Below are positions 40,086 to 49,538 of a stretch of 64,000 nt of DNA, one piece after another. Both the position numbers and the translations under genes were made by a program. Source of the stretch: Deltaproteobacteria bacterium (lineage in GTDB: Bacteria > Desulfobacterota > Syntrophia > Syntrophales > UBA2210). The notes under the pieces are model-generated. The model did no database searches, was not told the origin of the DNA, and saw only the letters and a list, made by a program, of their open reading frames with translations. The stretch spans positions 7,318 through 71,317 of the forward strand of contig JAFGBH010000079.1 of the NCBI GenBank assembly GCA_016933215.1. The letters are read 5' to 3'. The first letter of the stretch is position 1. Each line of letters begins with the position of its first letter.

Positions 40086-40483
40086 AAGAGATAGGCGAAT
40101 TAGTCATACCGGGAGACGCCCGTTATGCCGAAGACCATGAATGGGCACGACTTGAGGGAGAGGATGTACGGATCGGAATCAACGATTATGCGCAGGATCA
40201 GCTTGGTGATATCGTCTTCGTTGAGCTTCCCCAGGTTGGTGATACCTTTGAAAAGGGTGAAGAATTCGGAACGGTGGAATCGGTGAAAGCGGTCTCCGAA
40301 CTCTACATGCCCCTGGGAGGAGAAATCGTCGCCGTCAACGAGGACCTCGAAGACGCTCCCGAACTTGTTAACCAGGAGCCCTATGAGGGCGGATGGATGA
40401 TCCTGGTAAAACCTTCTGATCAGGCTGAATGGGATGATCTTATGACGAAAAATGCATATCTCGACCTTTTGAAGGGGGAATGA
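40082..40483 (+). CDS. gcvH: Glycine cleavage system H protein
   Basis: YAEDHEWARLEG...VESVKAVSELYMP (lipoyl-lysine motif). ATGA overlap with gcvT. Confidence 0.95.
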   Translation: MKEIGELVIPGDARYAEDHEWARLEGEDVRIGINDYAQDQLGDIVFVELPQVGDTFEKGEEFGTVESVKAVSELYMPLGGEIVAVNEDLEDAPELVNQEPYEGGWMILVKPSDQAEWDDLMTKNAYLDLLKGE

Positions 40484-40486
40484 CGG

Positions 40487-41818
40487 ATGCGTTTTCTGCC
40501 CCATACTGACGAAGACGTTGCCTCCATGCTTCGGGCCGTAGGCCTTACAGATATCGACAGCCTTTTCTCCACGATCCCCGTTGACTGTCGAAGAACGACG
40601 GACCTTAACCTTCCCGAGGCATTATCGGAATGGCAATTGAACAACCGTATGAATATTCTTGCATCGTCGGTGGCCACCTTCCCCGAATACAGGGTGTTTG
40701 CCGGTGCCGGCAGTTATGAGCACTATATTCCCGAATCGGTTTCCTACCTCCTCGGTCGTTCCGAATTTGTTACCTCTTATACACCCTACCAGCCGGAGAT
40801 GAGCCAGGGAACACTTCAGGCCATCTATGAATACCAGACACTCGCCGCCCGCCTCCTCGGCATGGAAGTGGCGAACGCGTCGCTTTACGATGGAGCCACC
40901 GCACTGGCGGAGGCCCTCCTTATGGCACTCCGGATTACGAAGAAAAAACGGGTTGCCCTTTCAAGCCTTATTCATCCCTTCTATCAGCAGGTCGTCAGAA
41001 CCTATCTCGGACCGACAGGGGTCTCCATCGACGAGATCCCCTATGACAAAGACGGGAGAACCGATTACGCCTCCCTGAAAGGAATGGAAGATTGTGCGGC
41101 CCTGGCGATTCAGTCGCCAAATTTTTTGGGCTCCATTGAAAAGCTCAGGGAAGCGGCAGATCTGGCACATGACAACAACTCCCTTTTGATCACCGCATTT
41201 ACGGAACCCCTCGCCTATGCCCTCATCAAAAATCCGGGCAGCGAGGGAGCCGACATTGCCTGCGGCGAGGGCCAGAGCTTGGGAATCCCCCGGTCTTTCG
41301 GAGGCCCGGGACTGGGAATGTTTGCCGCCTCGATGAAGCATGTTCGAAGCATGCCGGGCCGTCTCGTGGGGAAAACTCTCGATGAAGAGGGGCGGCTGGG
41401 ATTTGTCCTTACCCTTGCCACGAGAGAACAGCACATACGGCGCGAGAAGGCAACCTCCAATATATGCACAAACAACAGCCTCTGCGCCCTTGCATCGGCC
41501 ATGTATATGGCGTCGCTGGGAGGCACGGGAATCAAGGAACTCGCCAGGCTCAACTACGACAAATCGGAATATCTGAAGGGCCAGCTCAAACGGGCGGGTT
41601 TTTCCATACCGTTTAAAAGCGCCACGTTCAACGAATTTGTCGTCGAATTTCCCGACGGCTTTGAATCGACCTATAAGCAGCTTCTGAAGCAGAAAATAGT
41701 GGCAGGTCTACCGCTGGCCCCCTGGTATCCAGAGCTCTACAATCACTACCTCTTATGCGTAACGGAAACGGCGTCGAAAGAGGACCTTGATACGCTGGTC
41801 AGGGAGGTGAAGTCATGA
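40487..41818 (+). CDS. gcvPA: Glycine dehydrogenase (decarboxylating) subunit 1
   Basis: MRFLPHTDEDVASML...TSYTPYQPEMSQGTLQAIYEYQT, typical of the P-protein alpha subunit. Confidence 0.95.
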   Translation: MRFLPHTDEDVASMLRAVGLTDIDSLFSTIPVDCRRTTDLNLPEALSEWQLNNRMNILASSVATFPEYRVFAGAGSYEHYIPESVSYLLGRSEFVTSYTPYQPEMSQGTLQAIYEYQTLAARLLGMEVANASLYDGATALAEALLMALRITKKKRVALSSLIHPFYQQVVRTYLGPTGVSIDEIPYDKDGRTDYASLKGMEDCAALAIQSPNFLGSIEKLREAADLAHDNNSLLITAFTEPLAYALIKNPGSEGADIACGEGQSLGIPRSFGGPGLGMFAASMKHVRSMPGRLVGKTLDEEGRLGFVLTLATREQHIRREKATSNICTNNSLCALASAMYMASLGGTGIKELARLNYDKSEYLKGQLKRAGFSIPFKSATFNEFVVEFPDGFESTYKQLLKQKIVAGLPLAPWYPELYNHYLLCVTETASKEDLDTLVREVKS

Positions 41819-43269
41819 ATAAATCTCTCGGCGCAACAGGACTGATATTGAACGAGCCCCTTCTCTGGGAAAGAGGGAAAAAGGGACGATGCGGATTTTC
41901 CATGCCGGAACGGGACGTCGACTCTTTTCCGCTGGATGGCGATATCCTCGGAGAGGGCCCCGATTTTCCGGACCTTTCGGAAGTCGAAGTGATTCGACAC
42001 TATACGAGGCTTTCTCAGTGGAATTTCGGCGTCGATACGGGGATGTACCCTCTCGGTTCATGCACCATGAAGTACAACCCAAAGGTAAACGAAAGACATG
42101 CCGCCCTCCCCGGGTTTGCCTCTGCCCATCCCCTCCTGCCGCCTGTTCTTTCCCAGGGAATTCTGGAACTGATGTTTGAACTCGAGAAATATCTCGCCGA
42201 GATAACCGGCATGGATGCGGTCACACTCCAGCCGGCAGCCGGTGCCCATGGAGAGCTGACGGGGATGCTCCTGATTTATGCCTATCATAAAAAGATGGGC
42301 TCTCTGCGTTCCAAGATCATCGTGCCCGATACGGCCCATGGTACGAATCCAGCGAGCGCCGCGCTCTGCGGTTTCCGGCCCGTACCGGTGAAATCGAATG
42401 AAAAGGGTGTTCTCTCGCCGGAAGCGATCAGAGAAGTAATGGACGAAGAGACAGCCGGCATTATGATAACCAATCCCAATACCCTCGGTCTCTTCGAGGA
42501 AAATATCAGAGAGATTGCGGAAATCGTCCACGCCAAGGGCGGCATCGTTTACGGCGACGGCGCAAATATGAATGCCGTCATGGGCATCGTTGACATGGGA
42601 AAGATCGGCTTCGATATCATGCATCTGAACCTTCACAAGACATTTTCAACGCCCCACGGCGGCGGCGGACCCGGGTCCGGTCCCGTATGCGTAAAGAGTC
42701 ATATCGAGCCTTTTTTACCCGCACCCCGTGTCATCGAAAAGAAGGGTAAGTTTTTTCTCTCAGACGAGTTCCCCGAATCTATCGGAAAAGTGCACACCTT
42801 TTACGGAAACTTCGGTGTCATGGTAAAGGCCTACTCTTATATACGTACCATGGGACCATCCCTGAAACGGGCGAGCCAGCTTGCAGTTCTCAATGCCAAT
42901 TATATCAAGGAAACACTGAAAGGAACGTACGACCTCCCCTACGACAGGCCATGCATGCACGAGTGCGTTTTTTCCGACCGGCTCCAGGAACCCCACAAAG
43001 TCACGACACTTGATATCGCAAAACGTCTCATGGATTACGGTTTCCATCCACCCACCATCTATTTCCCCCTCGTCGTTCACGGTGCCATTATGATCGAACC
43101 GACGGAGACGGAATCGAAGGAGGATATCGACCGTTTCGTTGAGGCGCTGAAGGCCATCGCGAAAGAGGCAGCGGAAAACCGGGAACTCCTTCTTAAGGCC
43201 CCGCACAACTGCAGGGTGACGAGGCTGGATGAAACAACGGCCGCCAGAAAACCCTGTCTCACGGGCTGA
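41815..43269 (+). CDS. gcvPB: Glycine dehydrogenase (decarboxylating) subunit 2
   Basis: ...MHLNLHKTFSTPHGGGGPG (PLP-lysine region). 4-nt overlap with gcvPA. Confidence 0.95.
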   Translation: MNKSLGATGLILNEPLLWERGKKGRCGFSMPERDVDSFPLDGDILGEGPDFPDLSEVEVIRHYTRLSQWNFGVDTGMYPLGSCTMKYNPKVNERHAALPGFASAHPLLPPVLSQGILELMFELEKYLAEITGMDAVTLQPAAGAHGELTGMLLIYAYHKKMGSLRSKIIVPDTAHGTNPASAALCGFRPVPVKSNEKGVLSPEAIREVMDEETAGIMITNPNTLGLFEENIREIAEIVHAKGGIVYGDGANMNAVMGIVDMGKIGFDIMHLNLHKTFSTPHGGGGPGSGPVCVKSHIEPFLPAPRVIEKKGKFFLSDEFPESIGKVHTFYGNFGVMVKAYSYIRTMGPSLKRASQLAVLNANYIKETLKGTYDLPYDRPCMHECVFSDRLQEPHKVTTLDIAKRLMDYGFHPPTIYFPLVVHGAIMIEPTETESKEDIDRFVEALKAIAKEAAENRELLLKAPHNCRVTRLDETTAARKPCLTG

Positions 43270-43430
43270 TTGTATCGGCACATTTCATGTACAACCGATG
43301 GCAACGAGGCACATGAAACGGTTTGATTACCTTGCTCTTCCCAACCTCACAACTGTTTAATAAAATTTTTTGTAGACAAAATCAGTGCACCTTTCGTCAT
43401 ACGCTACAAGGATACGAAAGGAGTGGTATT

Positions 43431-43826
43431 ATGAAAGCAAAAAAACTTCTTGTTTTAATCCTGGCAGCAGTGTTTTTGTTCTCCTTGCTCTCTTCACCGG
43501 CATGGGCGAGAAGTCCTCAACATTATCGGTGGGAAGGAGTCGCCATAGGAATCGGGGCGGCCATACTGGGAAGCGCCCTTTTAAATAACATGAATACACA
43601 TGCCTATTCATACCCGGAGCCGGCGTACACATATTCACCCCCTCCTCCTCCGCGGAGCAGCGGACACTGGGAAATGAGAAGTGTCTGGGTTCCTCCAACG
43701 GAAAAGAGTGTGTGGAACCCTGCCCATTACGCCCACAACGGAAGATGGGTCCGCGGCGGCTGGATAAAGATCGTTGACAGACCCGGCTACTGGACCAAAG
43801 AAAGGGTCTGGATTGCTCGCCGATAA
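43431..43826 (+). CDS. Small secreted protein with Trp-rich C-terminal repeats (YXWGXW-like)
   Basis: AAAGGAG RBS, signal peptide MKAKKLLVLILAAVFLFSLLSSPAWA, a Pro-rich linker, then GHWEMRSVWVPP, GRWVRGGWIKI and PGYWTKERVWI. Confidence 0.55.
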   Translation: MKAKKLLVLILAAVFLFSLLSSPAWARSPQHYRWEGVAIGIGAAILGSALLNNMNTHAYSYPEPAYTYSPPPPPRSSGHWEMRSVWVPPTEKSVWNPAHYAHNGRWVRGGWIKIVDRPGYWTKERVWIARR

Positions 43827-43980
43827 TACGTTTATACGTAGGGCTGAAGTCTGGAACGAAGCTGTTTTTCTCACTTGACGCTGATAAAAAGGCAGGGTGG
43901 ATAGTCCTTTTTAAATTATTTTGTATTTCCATCACAATTGTGGCAGAATGCGGGGCAAGCATAAACAAGGAGGCTAAGTG

Positions 43981-44616
43981 ATGAAAAGAGTGATTTCAAT
44001 GGTTGCAATACTGGTCCTGGCGGCATTTCTCATATCATGTGCGGGGGCAACACAGCAGGAAAGAGGAACAAAAACGGGGGCTTTAATCGGTGCCGCAAGC
44101 GGCGCACTCCTCGGCCAGGCAATCGGCAGGGATACGGAAGCAACGCTACTCGGGGCGGCAATCGGTGCGGCTGCCGGCGGAGTCGCCGGAAGTCAGATCG
44201 GAGCCTATATGGACAGGCAGGAGGCCGAACTTCGTTCAGCGCTGGCTCAAAGTGAGGCCGCATCCATCCAGAGAGAGCAAAACATCCTGACGGCCACCTT
44301 CAAGGGCGATGTTATGTTCGATTTCGATTCGTCCATACTGAAACCGGGCGCCTACGCAGAGCTTGACAGGGTTGCCAAGGTACTGAACTCCTATCCTCAG
44401 ACATCTATCAGAGTTGAGGGTCACACCGATTCCACGGGTACGGAGGCTTATAACCAGGCCCTTTCTGAGAAACGCGCCATGACGGTCAAGAATGCCCTTA
44501 TTCAGAGGGGGGTCGATCCCATCAGGATAGAATCCATCGGATACGGTGAATCACAGCCCATATCGTCGAACAACGCTGTGAACAGACGGGTGAATATTGT
44601 AATTACGCCTACCTAA
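43981..44616 (+). CDS. OmpA-family lipoprotein with glycine-zipper region
   Basis: Lipobox LISC, a Gly-zipper GALIGAASGALLGQAIG, and OmpA_C motifs FDFDSSILKP...VEGHTDSTGTEAYNQALSEKRA. AAGGAGG RBS before the ATG at 43981. Confidence 0.8.
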   Translation: MKRVISMVAILVLAAFLISCAGATQQERGTKTGALIGAASGALLGQAIGRDTEATLLGAAIGAAAGGVAGSQIGAYMDRQEAELRSALAQSEAASIQREQNILTATFKGDVMFDFDSSILKPGAYAELDRVAKVLNSYPQTSIRVEGHTDSTGTEAYNQALSEKRAMTVKNALIQRGVDPIRIESIGYGESQPISSNNAVNRRVNIVITPT

Positions 44617-44666
44617 AAAGGGCTCAAAGAAGAGAGCAAGAATCCTTACTATTGTTCATACTATGG

Positions 44667-44696
44667 GGCGGGACCGCAGGGTCCTGCCTTTTTTTT
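44667..44696 (+). terminator. Intrinsic terminator after the OmpA-family gene
   Basis: GGCGGGACC-GCAG-GGTCCTGCC followed by TTTTTTTT. Confidence 0.8.
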
Positions 44697-44697
44697 G

Positions 44698-44725
44698 TTG
44701 CATAATTCACAAATTAGGCAATAAT
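44698..44725 (+). promoter_or_regulatory. Sigma70-like promoter for the 44817 gene
   Basis: TTGCAT-N16-AATAAT, about 90 nt upstream of the ATG. Confidence 0.4.
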
Positions 44726-44816
44726 TGAGACCAAGATCTGTAAAACGTTTTCCTTTCGGAACGAAAGCTGCGGTATATCGTTCGGAAGTTCGGGAGACAG
44801 GAAGGAAGTTGCAACG

Positions 44817-45293
44817 ATGAAGGCATTTGCGGACAAGCTCATCGATATCACCAGGCATCATTCAGATGCGATTGCAAAAGAGTGGTGCAAGGCCGTGCGA
44901 TCAAACCCGAGAACACCCTCGTTTCACCCTTTAACAAAAGAAGTGTGTATTCAGGATGCTGCAAATTTTTACAAAAATCTCAGATGGATCTACTACAGCG
45001 AACGGCCCTACTCTCAAGTACGACGGTTCTTTATGGAATACGCCGATGATAAGCATAAAACAGGCATCCCCCTCCATGAAAGCATCTATGCCCTCATTAT
45101 GATGAGGAGGCACCTCTGGCTTTATGCCGATTTCCAGAAACCCTTCCTCACAGGACTCACCCACGATCAGATCCTGCTGACCATCAACAACACCATACGT
45201 ATATTCGATCATGGCATATACCTCATCACGCAAAGATACTGGGAGCTGGATGAACTCAATGAAAAGCTCCCCCTTAAAGAAATACCTGAATGA
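44817..45293 (+). CDS. Hypothetical protein (all-helical; weak resemblance to RsbR-N/sensor-globin-like domains)
   Basis: 158-aa ORF with GGAAGGAAG upstream. No catalytic motif recognised; the family call is only a by-eye resemblance. Confidence 0.5.
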   Translation: MKAFADKLIDITRHHSDAIAKEWCKAVRSNPRTPSFHPLTKEVCIQDAANFYKNLRWIYYSERPYSQVRRFFMEYADDKHKTGIPLHESIYALIMMRRHLWLYADFQKPFLTGLTHDQILLTINNTIRIFDHGIYLITQRYWELDELNEKLPLKEIPE

Positions 45294-45399
45294 ACAGAGA
45301 GGAATAATCTAAATATTATTGCCGGTACTTAGGATTTTGTTTGGAGAATCTGCGCATTCCTGATAGCATACCGGCAGATCCCATCGTGAGGAACGATCG

Positions 45400-45912
45400 T
45401 TGTTAGATATTAGGGAATTGAGCAAGGATACCGTCTACGAGGTAATGCGGGAGCTTCTCTACAGCTTCAACTACGCGTGGTTTCTCATGGACGACTGGAT
45501 AAAAAAGAACCATCCGGACGCGAACAACGAGGACCTCATGGGGCTTGCGAAAGAATTCGGGGGTTATGAGGCGAAGAGACTCTCCAGGGTCCTCGACACA
45601 TCTGAAGAGGGAATAGAAAAACTCATACATTTCCTCAATCATTCCCACTGGGCAGTATTCGAAGAAATAGAAGGTGAAAGGATTTCAGAGAGGAGTTTTA
45701 CAATGAAAACCTTTGACTGTTCAACCCAGAGGGCTGCAAAAAAATGGGGGATGGGGTATTACGACTGCAGCGAACAGGGGTGTCGGATTCGCGAAGGCTT
45801 CTTCAGAGAGATAGATCCCGATGCCCGGGTCGAGCGGATCTTTACACCGCCCGACGAAATGATTGACGGCAGTGATGAAAGAATTTCCTGTGAATGGTTG
45901 ATTACTCTCTAA
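45400..45912 (+). CDS. Hypothetical protein (Cys-containing C-terminal half)
   Basis: 170-aa ORF with a TTG start 7 nt after GAGGAA. Contains FDCSTQRAAKKWGMGYYDCSEQGC...ISCEW. Family not recognised. Confidence 0.5.
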   Translation: MLDIRELSKDTVYEVMRELLYSFNYAWFLMDDWIKKNHPDANNEDLMGLAKEFGGYEAKRLSRVLDTSEEGIEKLIHFLNHSHWAVFEEIEGERISERSFTMKTFDCSTQRAAKKWGMGYYDCSEQGCRIREGFFREIDPDARVERIFTPPDEMIDGSDERISCEWLITL

Positions 45913-46050
45913 GTTTCTGATAATTTGTATCGTGCTTTATATGGCAATGCGAATGGCAACAGAGCAGCAAACATTGAATCTCCGACTGTTTAGTAAGTTA
46001 GGATTTATTTTCTGTGTTTTCTGGCAGAAAATAAATTCGTTAACGCACTT

Positions 46051-46142
46051 ATCCCGATTGTCGGGATTAAGGAAACTGGTTATTTTATATTCGCTCGCTA
46101 ACCCCGCCGCAAGCAGCGGGGAATGCGCTCACTATTCAATTC
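46051..46142. repeat. Family-2 intergenic repeat, copy b
   Basis: Collinear with 36624-36716 (ATCCCGATTGTCGGGATTAAGGAA...ATTCGCTCGCTAACCCCGCCGCAAGCAGCGGGGAATGCGCTC). It ends about 20 nt before the PilZ-2 start. Confidence 0.8.
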
Positions 46143-46164
46143 AATTCACGCGAGGGAACGGCAG

Positions 46165-46644
46165 ATGAGCGAAATCAAGAAAGTCTATGTGAATGAAAAA
46201 AACAGGGTCACGATAATCTGTCCCGAGTGCGGCAATGTAAAAGTTGAAAATGCAGAGCAGTATAAATTTGAAAAGGGAGACAGAAATATCGATATCACAT
46301 GCGAAAAGTGCAACGCTCGTTTCACCGTATTCATCGATTTCAGACGCTACTACCGCAAAAGTGTCTCGCTTCAGGGTATCATCTACAACCTCGACGAGAA
46401 GTTTAGCAAGATCACCGTTGGAAATCTCTCAAGAAGCGGCGTTGGATTCACGATAGACGATGTTTTCACCGTTGCATTGAATGAAGAGATAGATGTTCAA
46501 TTCACCCTCGATGATGATGACAGAACCTTTATCAGAAAAAGAGCGTTCGTTCGTTACATCAAGGATAACTTCATCGGTGCAGAATTCACTGAACTGCAGA
46601 AGTTTGGCAAGGAACTGACCTTTTATCTGAAGTACACCGGTTAA
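46165..46644 (+). CDS. Zinc-ribbon + PilZ domain protein, paralog 2
   Basis: CPEC...CEKC, RRYYR (RxxxR) and NLSRSG. Shares C-terminal blocks DNFIGAEFT and KELTFYL with paralog 1. Start MSEIKK after GAGGGA. Confidence 0.75.
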   Translation: MSEIKKVYVNEKNRVTIICPECGNVKVENAEQYKFEKGDRNIDITCEKCNARFTVFIDFRRYYRKSVSLQGIIYNLDEKFSKITVGNLSRSGVGFTIDDVFTVALNEEIDVQFTLDDDDRTFIRKRAFVRYIKDNFIGAEFTELQKFGKELTFYLKYTG

Positions 46645-46688
46645 AGATCAGCAACATTTTTGATTATATAACAGCGAAGGATTTCTCT

Positions 46689-46982
46689 ATGCGGATACTC
46701 TGTATTGAAAAGTTAGGCGACACAATATACGGCTGTCTGGATGACGGCGTTCACTACCAGGTGTTCTCCGTCGATTCGGGCTGTCCCGTGGTATGTGAAG
46801 ACAAATATCCGAAGAGCGATTATGATGATTACGACAGCTTTACCCTGTTCTTCTGCAGTGTGGATCCGGGGTTTCCTTTTCTTGAAGAACCCTTTCATGT
46901 AGGAGTCGGGCGAGCCGAGGATCTCACCTACGAAATGCTTCTGGCAATATGGAGCGAGATATGGGCCTCAGGGTCGAAATGA
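46689..46982 (+). CDS. Hypothetical small acidic protein
   Basis: 97-aa ORF 44 nt after PilZ-2, followed by a terminator. No recognisable motif. Confidence 0.4.
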   Translation: MRILCIEKLGDTIYGCLDDGVHYQVFSVDSGCPVVCEDKYPKSDYDDYDSFTLFFCSVDPGFPFLEEPFHVGVGRAEDLTYEMLLAIWSEIWASGSK

Positions 46983-47022
46983 ACGCCAGCGAACCATATA
47001 TAATATCAGTTGAGATTGCAGG

Positions 47023-47056
47023 CCCCGGCTCTTAGAAGATAGAGACGGGGTTTTTT
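47023..47056 (+). terminator. Intrinsic terminator
   Basis: CCCCGGCTCT-TAGAAGAT-AGAGACGGGG followed by TTTTTTGTTTT. Confidence 0.7.
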
Positions 47057-47088
47057 GTTTTATAAATATATTAGGGAGGTAAGCGTTT

Positions 47089-47853
47089 ATGGCATATGAA
47101 AACATTATACTCGAAAAAAAAGGCTATATCGGTGTCCTGACCCTGAACCGCCCACCGGCAAATTCAGTCAACCTTGCCACGCTGGAAGAGATGGACCGAG
47201 CCATCGATGAATTGAAAAACGACAAAGGGATACGGGTCGTGATCATTACCGGTGCAGGCGAAAAGGGATTTTCTGCCGGTTTTGACGTATCCGATGCCGC
47301 AAATGCCGACAAGGTTGGTCCAAAAGGCCAGGAGGTGTGGACAAAGGTCGATCGTCTTTCCAAGCCCGTTATTGCCGCCATAAACGGCTATGCCTTCGGA
47401 GGCGGCTGTGAACTCTCACTGGCCTGTACCTTCAGGCTCATGGTAGAGGGCGCAAAGATCGGACTCACGGAACTCAATCTTGGCATTATCCCGGGTTGGG
47501 GAGGCACGCAGCGAATGCCCCGCGTTGTCGGAAAGGCAAAGGCCCTTGAACTTATACTCTTCAGCAAGCGATTAACGGCCGCCGAGGCACTTGTGATCGG
47601 CCTTGTTGACCGCGTCATCACACCCGATGAATTCATGAAAGAGGTTTTCGACTTTGCCGCAATTCTGGCAAAACGTCCTCCTCTCGCGGTCAGTGCCGTT
47701 CTGAAGGCCATCGACGCGGGACTTGAGCATGGCCTCGACGAGGGAACAAAGGTGGAGATGGAGGGAAGCAGAACGGTCGCAAAATCGAAGGATGCGATGG
47801 AGGGATTCACCGCCTTCTTCGAGAAGCGTGAACCGGCGTTCACCGGAGAATAA
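47089..47853 (+). CDS. Enoyl-CoA hydratase (crotonase family)
   Basis: VVIITGAGEKGFSAGFD...INGYAFGGGCELSLAC oxyanion-hole motifs. Confidence 0.9.
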   Translation: MAYENIILEKKGYIGVLTLNRPPANSVNLATLEEMDRAIDELKNDKGIRVVIITGAGEKGFSAGFDVSDAANADKVGPKGQEVWTKVDRLSKPVIAAINGYAFGGGCELSLACTFRLMVEGAKIGLTELNLGIIPGWGGTQRMPRVVGKAKALELILFSKRLTAAEALVIGLVDRVITPDEFMKEVFDFAAILAKRPPLAVSAVLKAIDAGLEHGLDEGTKVEMEGSRTVAKSKDAMEGFTAFFEKREPAFTGE

Positions 47854-47877
47854 TCACACTCTGAAGGAGGAAATCAG

Positions 47878-49029
47878 ATGAGTTTAGACGATATAAAAAA
47901 GATAGCCGTTATCGGCGCTGGTGATATGGGGCACGGTATTGCGGCAGTTGCACTTCTTGCGGGTTTCGAGGTATCAATGCGGGACATAGAACAGCGCTTT
48001 GTCGACCGCGGCGTTGAAGGAATTAAAAAGAGCCTCGCAAAGTTCGTCGAAAAGGGAAAGATAACGGAGGACGCGCGGATCGATGCCCTGGCGAGGCTTG
48101 AGGGACTTGTCGATTTCGATGCCGCCGTCAGTGACGCCGATTTCGTGATAGAGGCCGTGCCTGAAATCGTCCCCTTAAAGAAAGACACCTTCTCCGAGCT
48201 CAGCAAGTATACACATCCGCACACGATCCTTGCCTCAAATACTTCGAATATCAGTATTACCGTCCTCGCGGAGGCTACGGAAAAGCCCGACAAGGTTGTG
48301 GGCATGCACTTTTTTAACCCGGCCGTCCTGATGAAACTCGTCGAGATTATCAAGGGCGAAAAGACATCCTTTGAAACGGCTGACATCGCCTACAGGATCG
48401 CCCAGAAGATGAACAAGGTCCCCATCCTTGTCAAAATAGATTCACCCGGTTTCGTCTACAACCGTGTCAACGCCCCGGTGACGATGCTTCTTTCGAAGAT
48501 TCTTGATGCGGGAAGCCCGTCGCCGGAAGAATTCGACGCCGCCTTCAAGGGGATAATGCCGATGACCCCCTTCGAACTGGCGGATTACGTTGGTCTCGAT
48601 GTCGCCTATCACAGTCTCGACTATTTTTCCCAGGTCCTCTCCGGCGAATGCGCTCCATCGGAGAAATGGAAGAAGATGCTCGATGCGGGCACGCTCGGCA
48701 AAAAGACGGGCGGGGGCTTTTTCGACTGGTCGGCGGGACGACCCGAGATCGATCAGGCAAAAGCCACAAAGGAATTCGATATCAACCACCTTATTGCACT
48801 GCAGGTCAATGAAGCGACAAAGCTCCTCGAAGAGGGTGTCGTCGACGACCCGAAGGAAATCGACCTTGCCATGGCAAACGGTGGCGGGTCTCCCTTCGGC
48901 CCCTTCCAGCTTGCGACCGGTATCGGCTACGAAACGCTTATACAAAAGTGCAATGAACTGGCCGACAAATTCAACGTGGAATCCTTCAGGCCGACAAAGA
49001 CGATGAAAGCAGGAAACATCAAAGTCTGA
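47878..49029 (+). CDS. 3-hydroxyacyl-CoA dehydrogenase (NAD-binding plus duplicated C-terminal domain)
   Basis: IAVIGAGDMGHGIA Rossmann motif, ASNTSNISIT and GMHFFNPAVLMKLVEII. Confidence 0.9.
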   Translation: MSLDDIKKIAVIGAGDMGHGIAAVALLAGFEVSMRDIEQRFVDRGVEGIKKSLAKFVEKGKITEDARIDALARLEGLVDFDAAVSDADFVIEAVPEIVPLKKDTFSELSKYTHPHTILASNTSNISITVLAEATEKPDKVVGMHFFNPAVLMKLVEIIKGEKTSFETADIAYRIAQKMNKVPILVKIDSPGFVYNRVNAPVTMLLSKILDAGSPSPEEFDAAFKGIMPMTPFELADYVGLDVAYHSLDYFSQVLSGECAPSEKWKKMLDAGTLGKKTGGGFFDWSAGRPEIDQAKATKEFDINHLIALQVNEATKLLEEGVVDDPKEIDLAMANGGGSPFGPFQLATGIGYETLIQKCNELADKFNVESFRPTKTMKAGNIKV

Positions 49030-49040
49030 AGAAAAACACC

Positions 49041-49078
49041 TGCGGCCGGGCGCGCCAGAAGTCCGGCCGCATTTTTTT
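49041..49078 (+). terminator. Intrinsic terminator
   Basis: TGCGGCCGG-(13 nt)-CCGGCCGCA followed by TTTTTTT. Confidence 0.8.
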
Positions 49079-49105
49079 AAAAACCCTGACAGGTTATGTA
49101 AAGCC

Positions 49106-49498
49106 ATGAAGATCGAGATGACACCGATAGGCACCATCCACACGAAGGCGGCGGAAATACCAAAATTCTGGTCCTCTTCGGGCGTGGAGGGAACGCTTGT
49201 CATTGATGATGAATATCTCGAAGGAATACAGGACATCAAGACGAACGAGCAGATCGTCGTCCTCTTCTACTTTCACAAAAGCACTCCCTTTTCACCGGCC
49301 AGTCTCACACAGCATCCCCGCGGCGATCTGTCGAGAAAAAAGACCGGCGTCTTCAGCATCTCCTCACCGATCCGACCGAATCACATCGGCATGTCCGTCG
49401 TCGAAGTGACCGGCATCAGCGAGAATGCCATTTCAGTGAAGGGGCTTGACATGATCGACGGGACCCCTATCCTGGATATCAAGCCCTACCGTTTCTGA
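49106..49498 (+). CDS. trmO: TsaA/YaeB-like tRNA (m6t6A37) methyltransferase
   Basis: ...RPNHIGMSVVEV...VKGLDMIDGTPILDIKPY, characteristic of the TrmO/UPF0066 family. Confidence 0.8.
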   Translation: MKIEMTPIGTIHTKAAEIPKFWSSSGVEGTLVIDDEYLEGIQDIKTNEQIVVLFYFHKSTPFSPASLTQHPRGDLSRKKTGVFSISSPIRPNHIGMSVVEVTGISENAISVKGLDMIDGTPILDIKPYRF

Positions 49499-49538
49499 AT
49501 GCCCCGGTCTCTGCCGCAGGCAGGAAGGAAGGCAACAG

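Noticed and set aside
45954-45969. TGGCAACAGAGCAGCA as a sigma-54 promoter upstream of PilZ-2.
   Set aside because: It has the GG-N10-GC spacing, but the -12 element is poor. It lies about 200 nt from the start codon and no enhancer-binding protein is nearby, so support is insufficient.
48442-49239. Long antisense or alternate-frame ORFs. Examples are 48442-49239 (265 aa), 52182-52949, 51959-52663, 53225-53926, 37311-37961, 7514-8233, 8002-8667, 15286-15885, 42058-42636 and 58821-59429.
   Set aside because: Each is fully embedded opposite or out of frame to a gene with strong family motifs. Their sequences are low-complexity (R/S/P/G-rich), as expected from codon-bias shadow frames.
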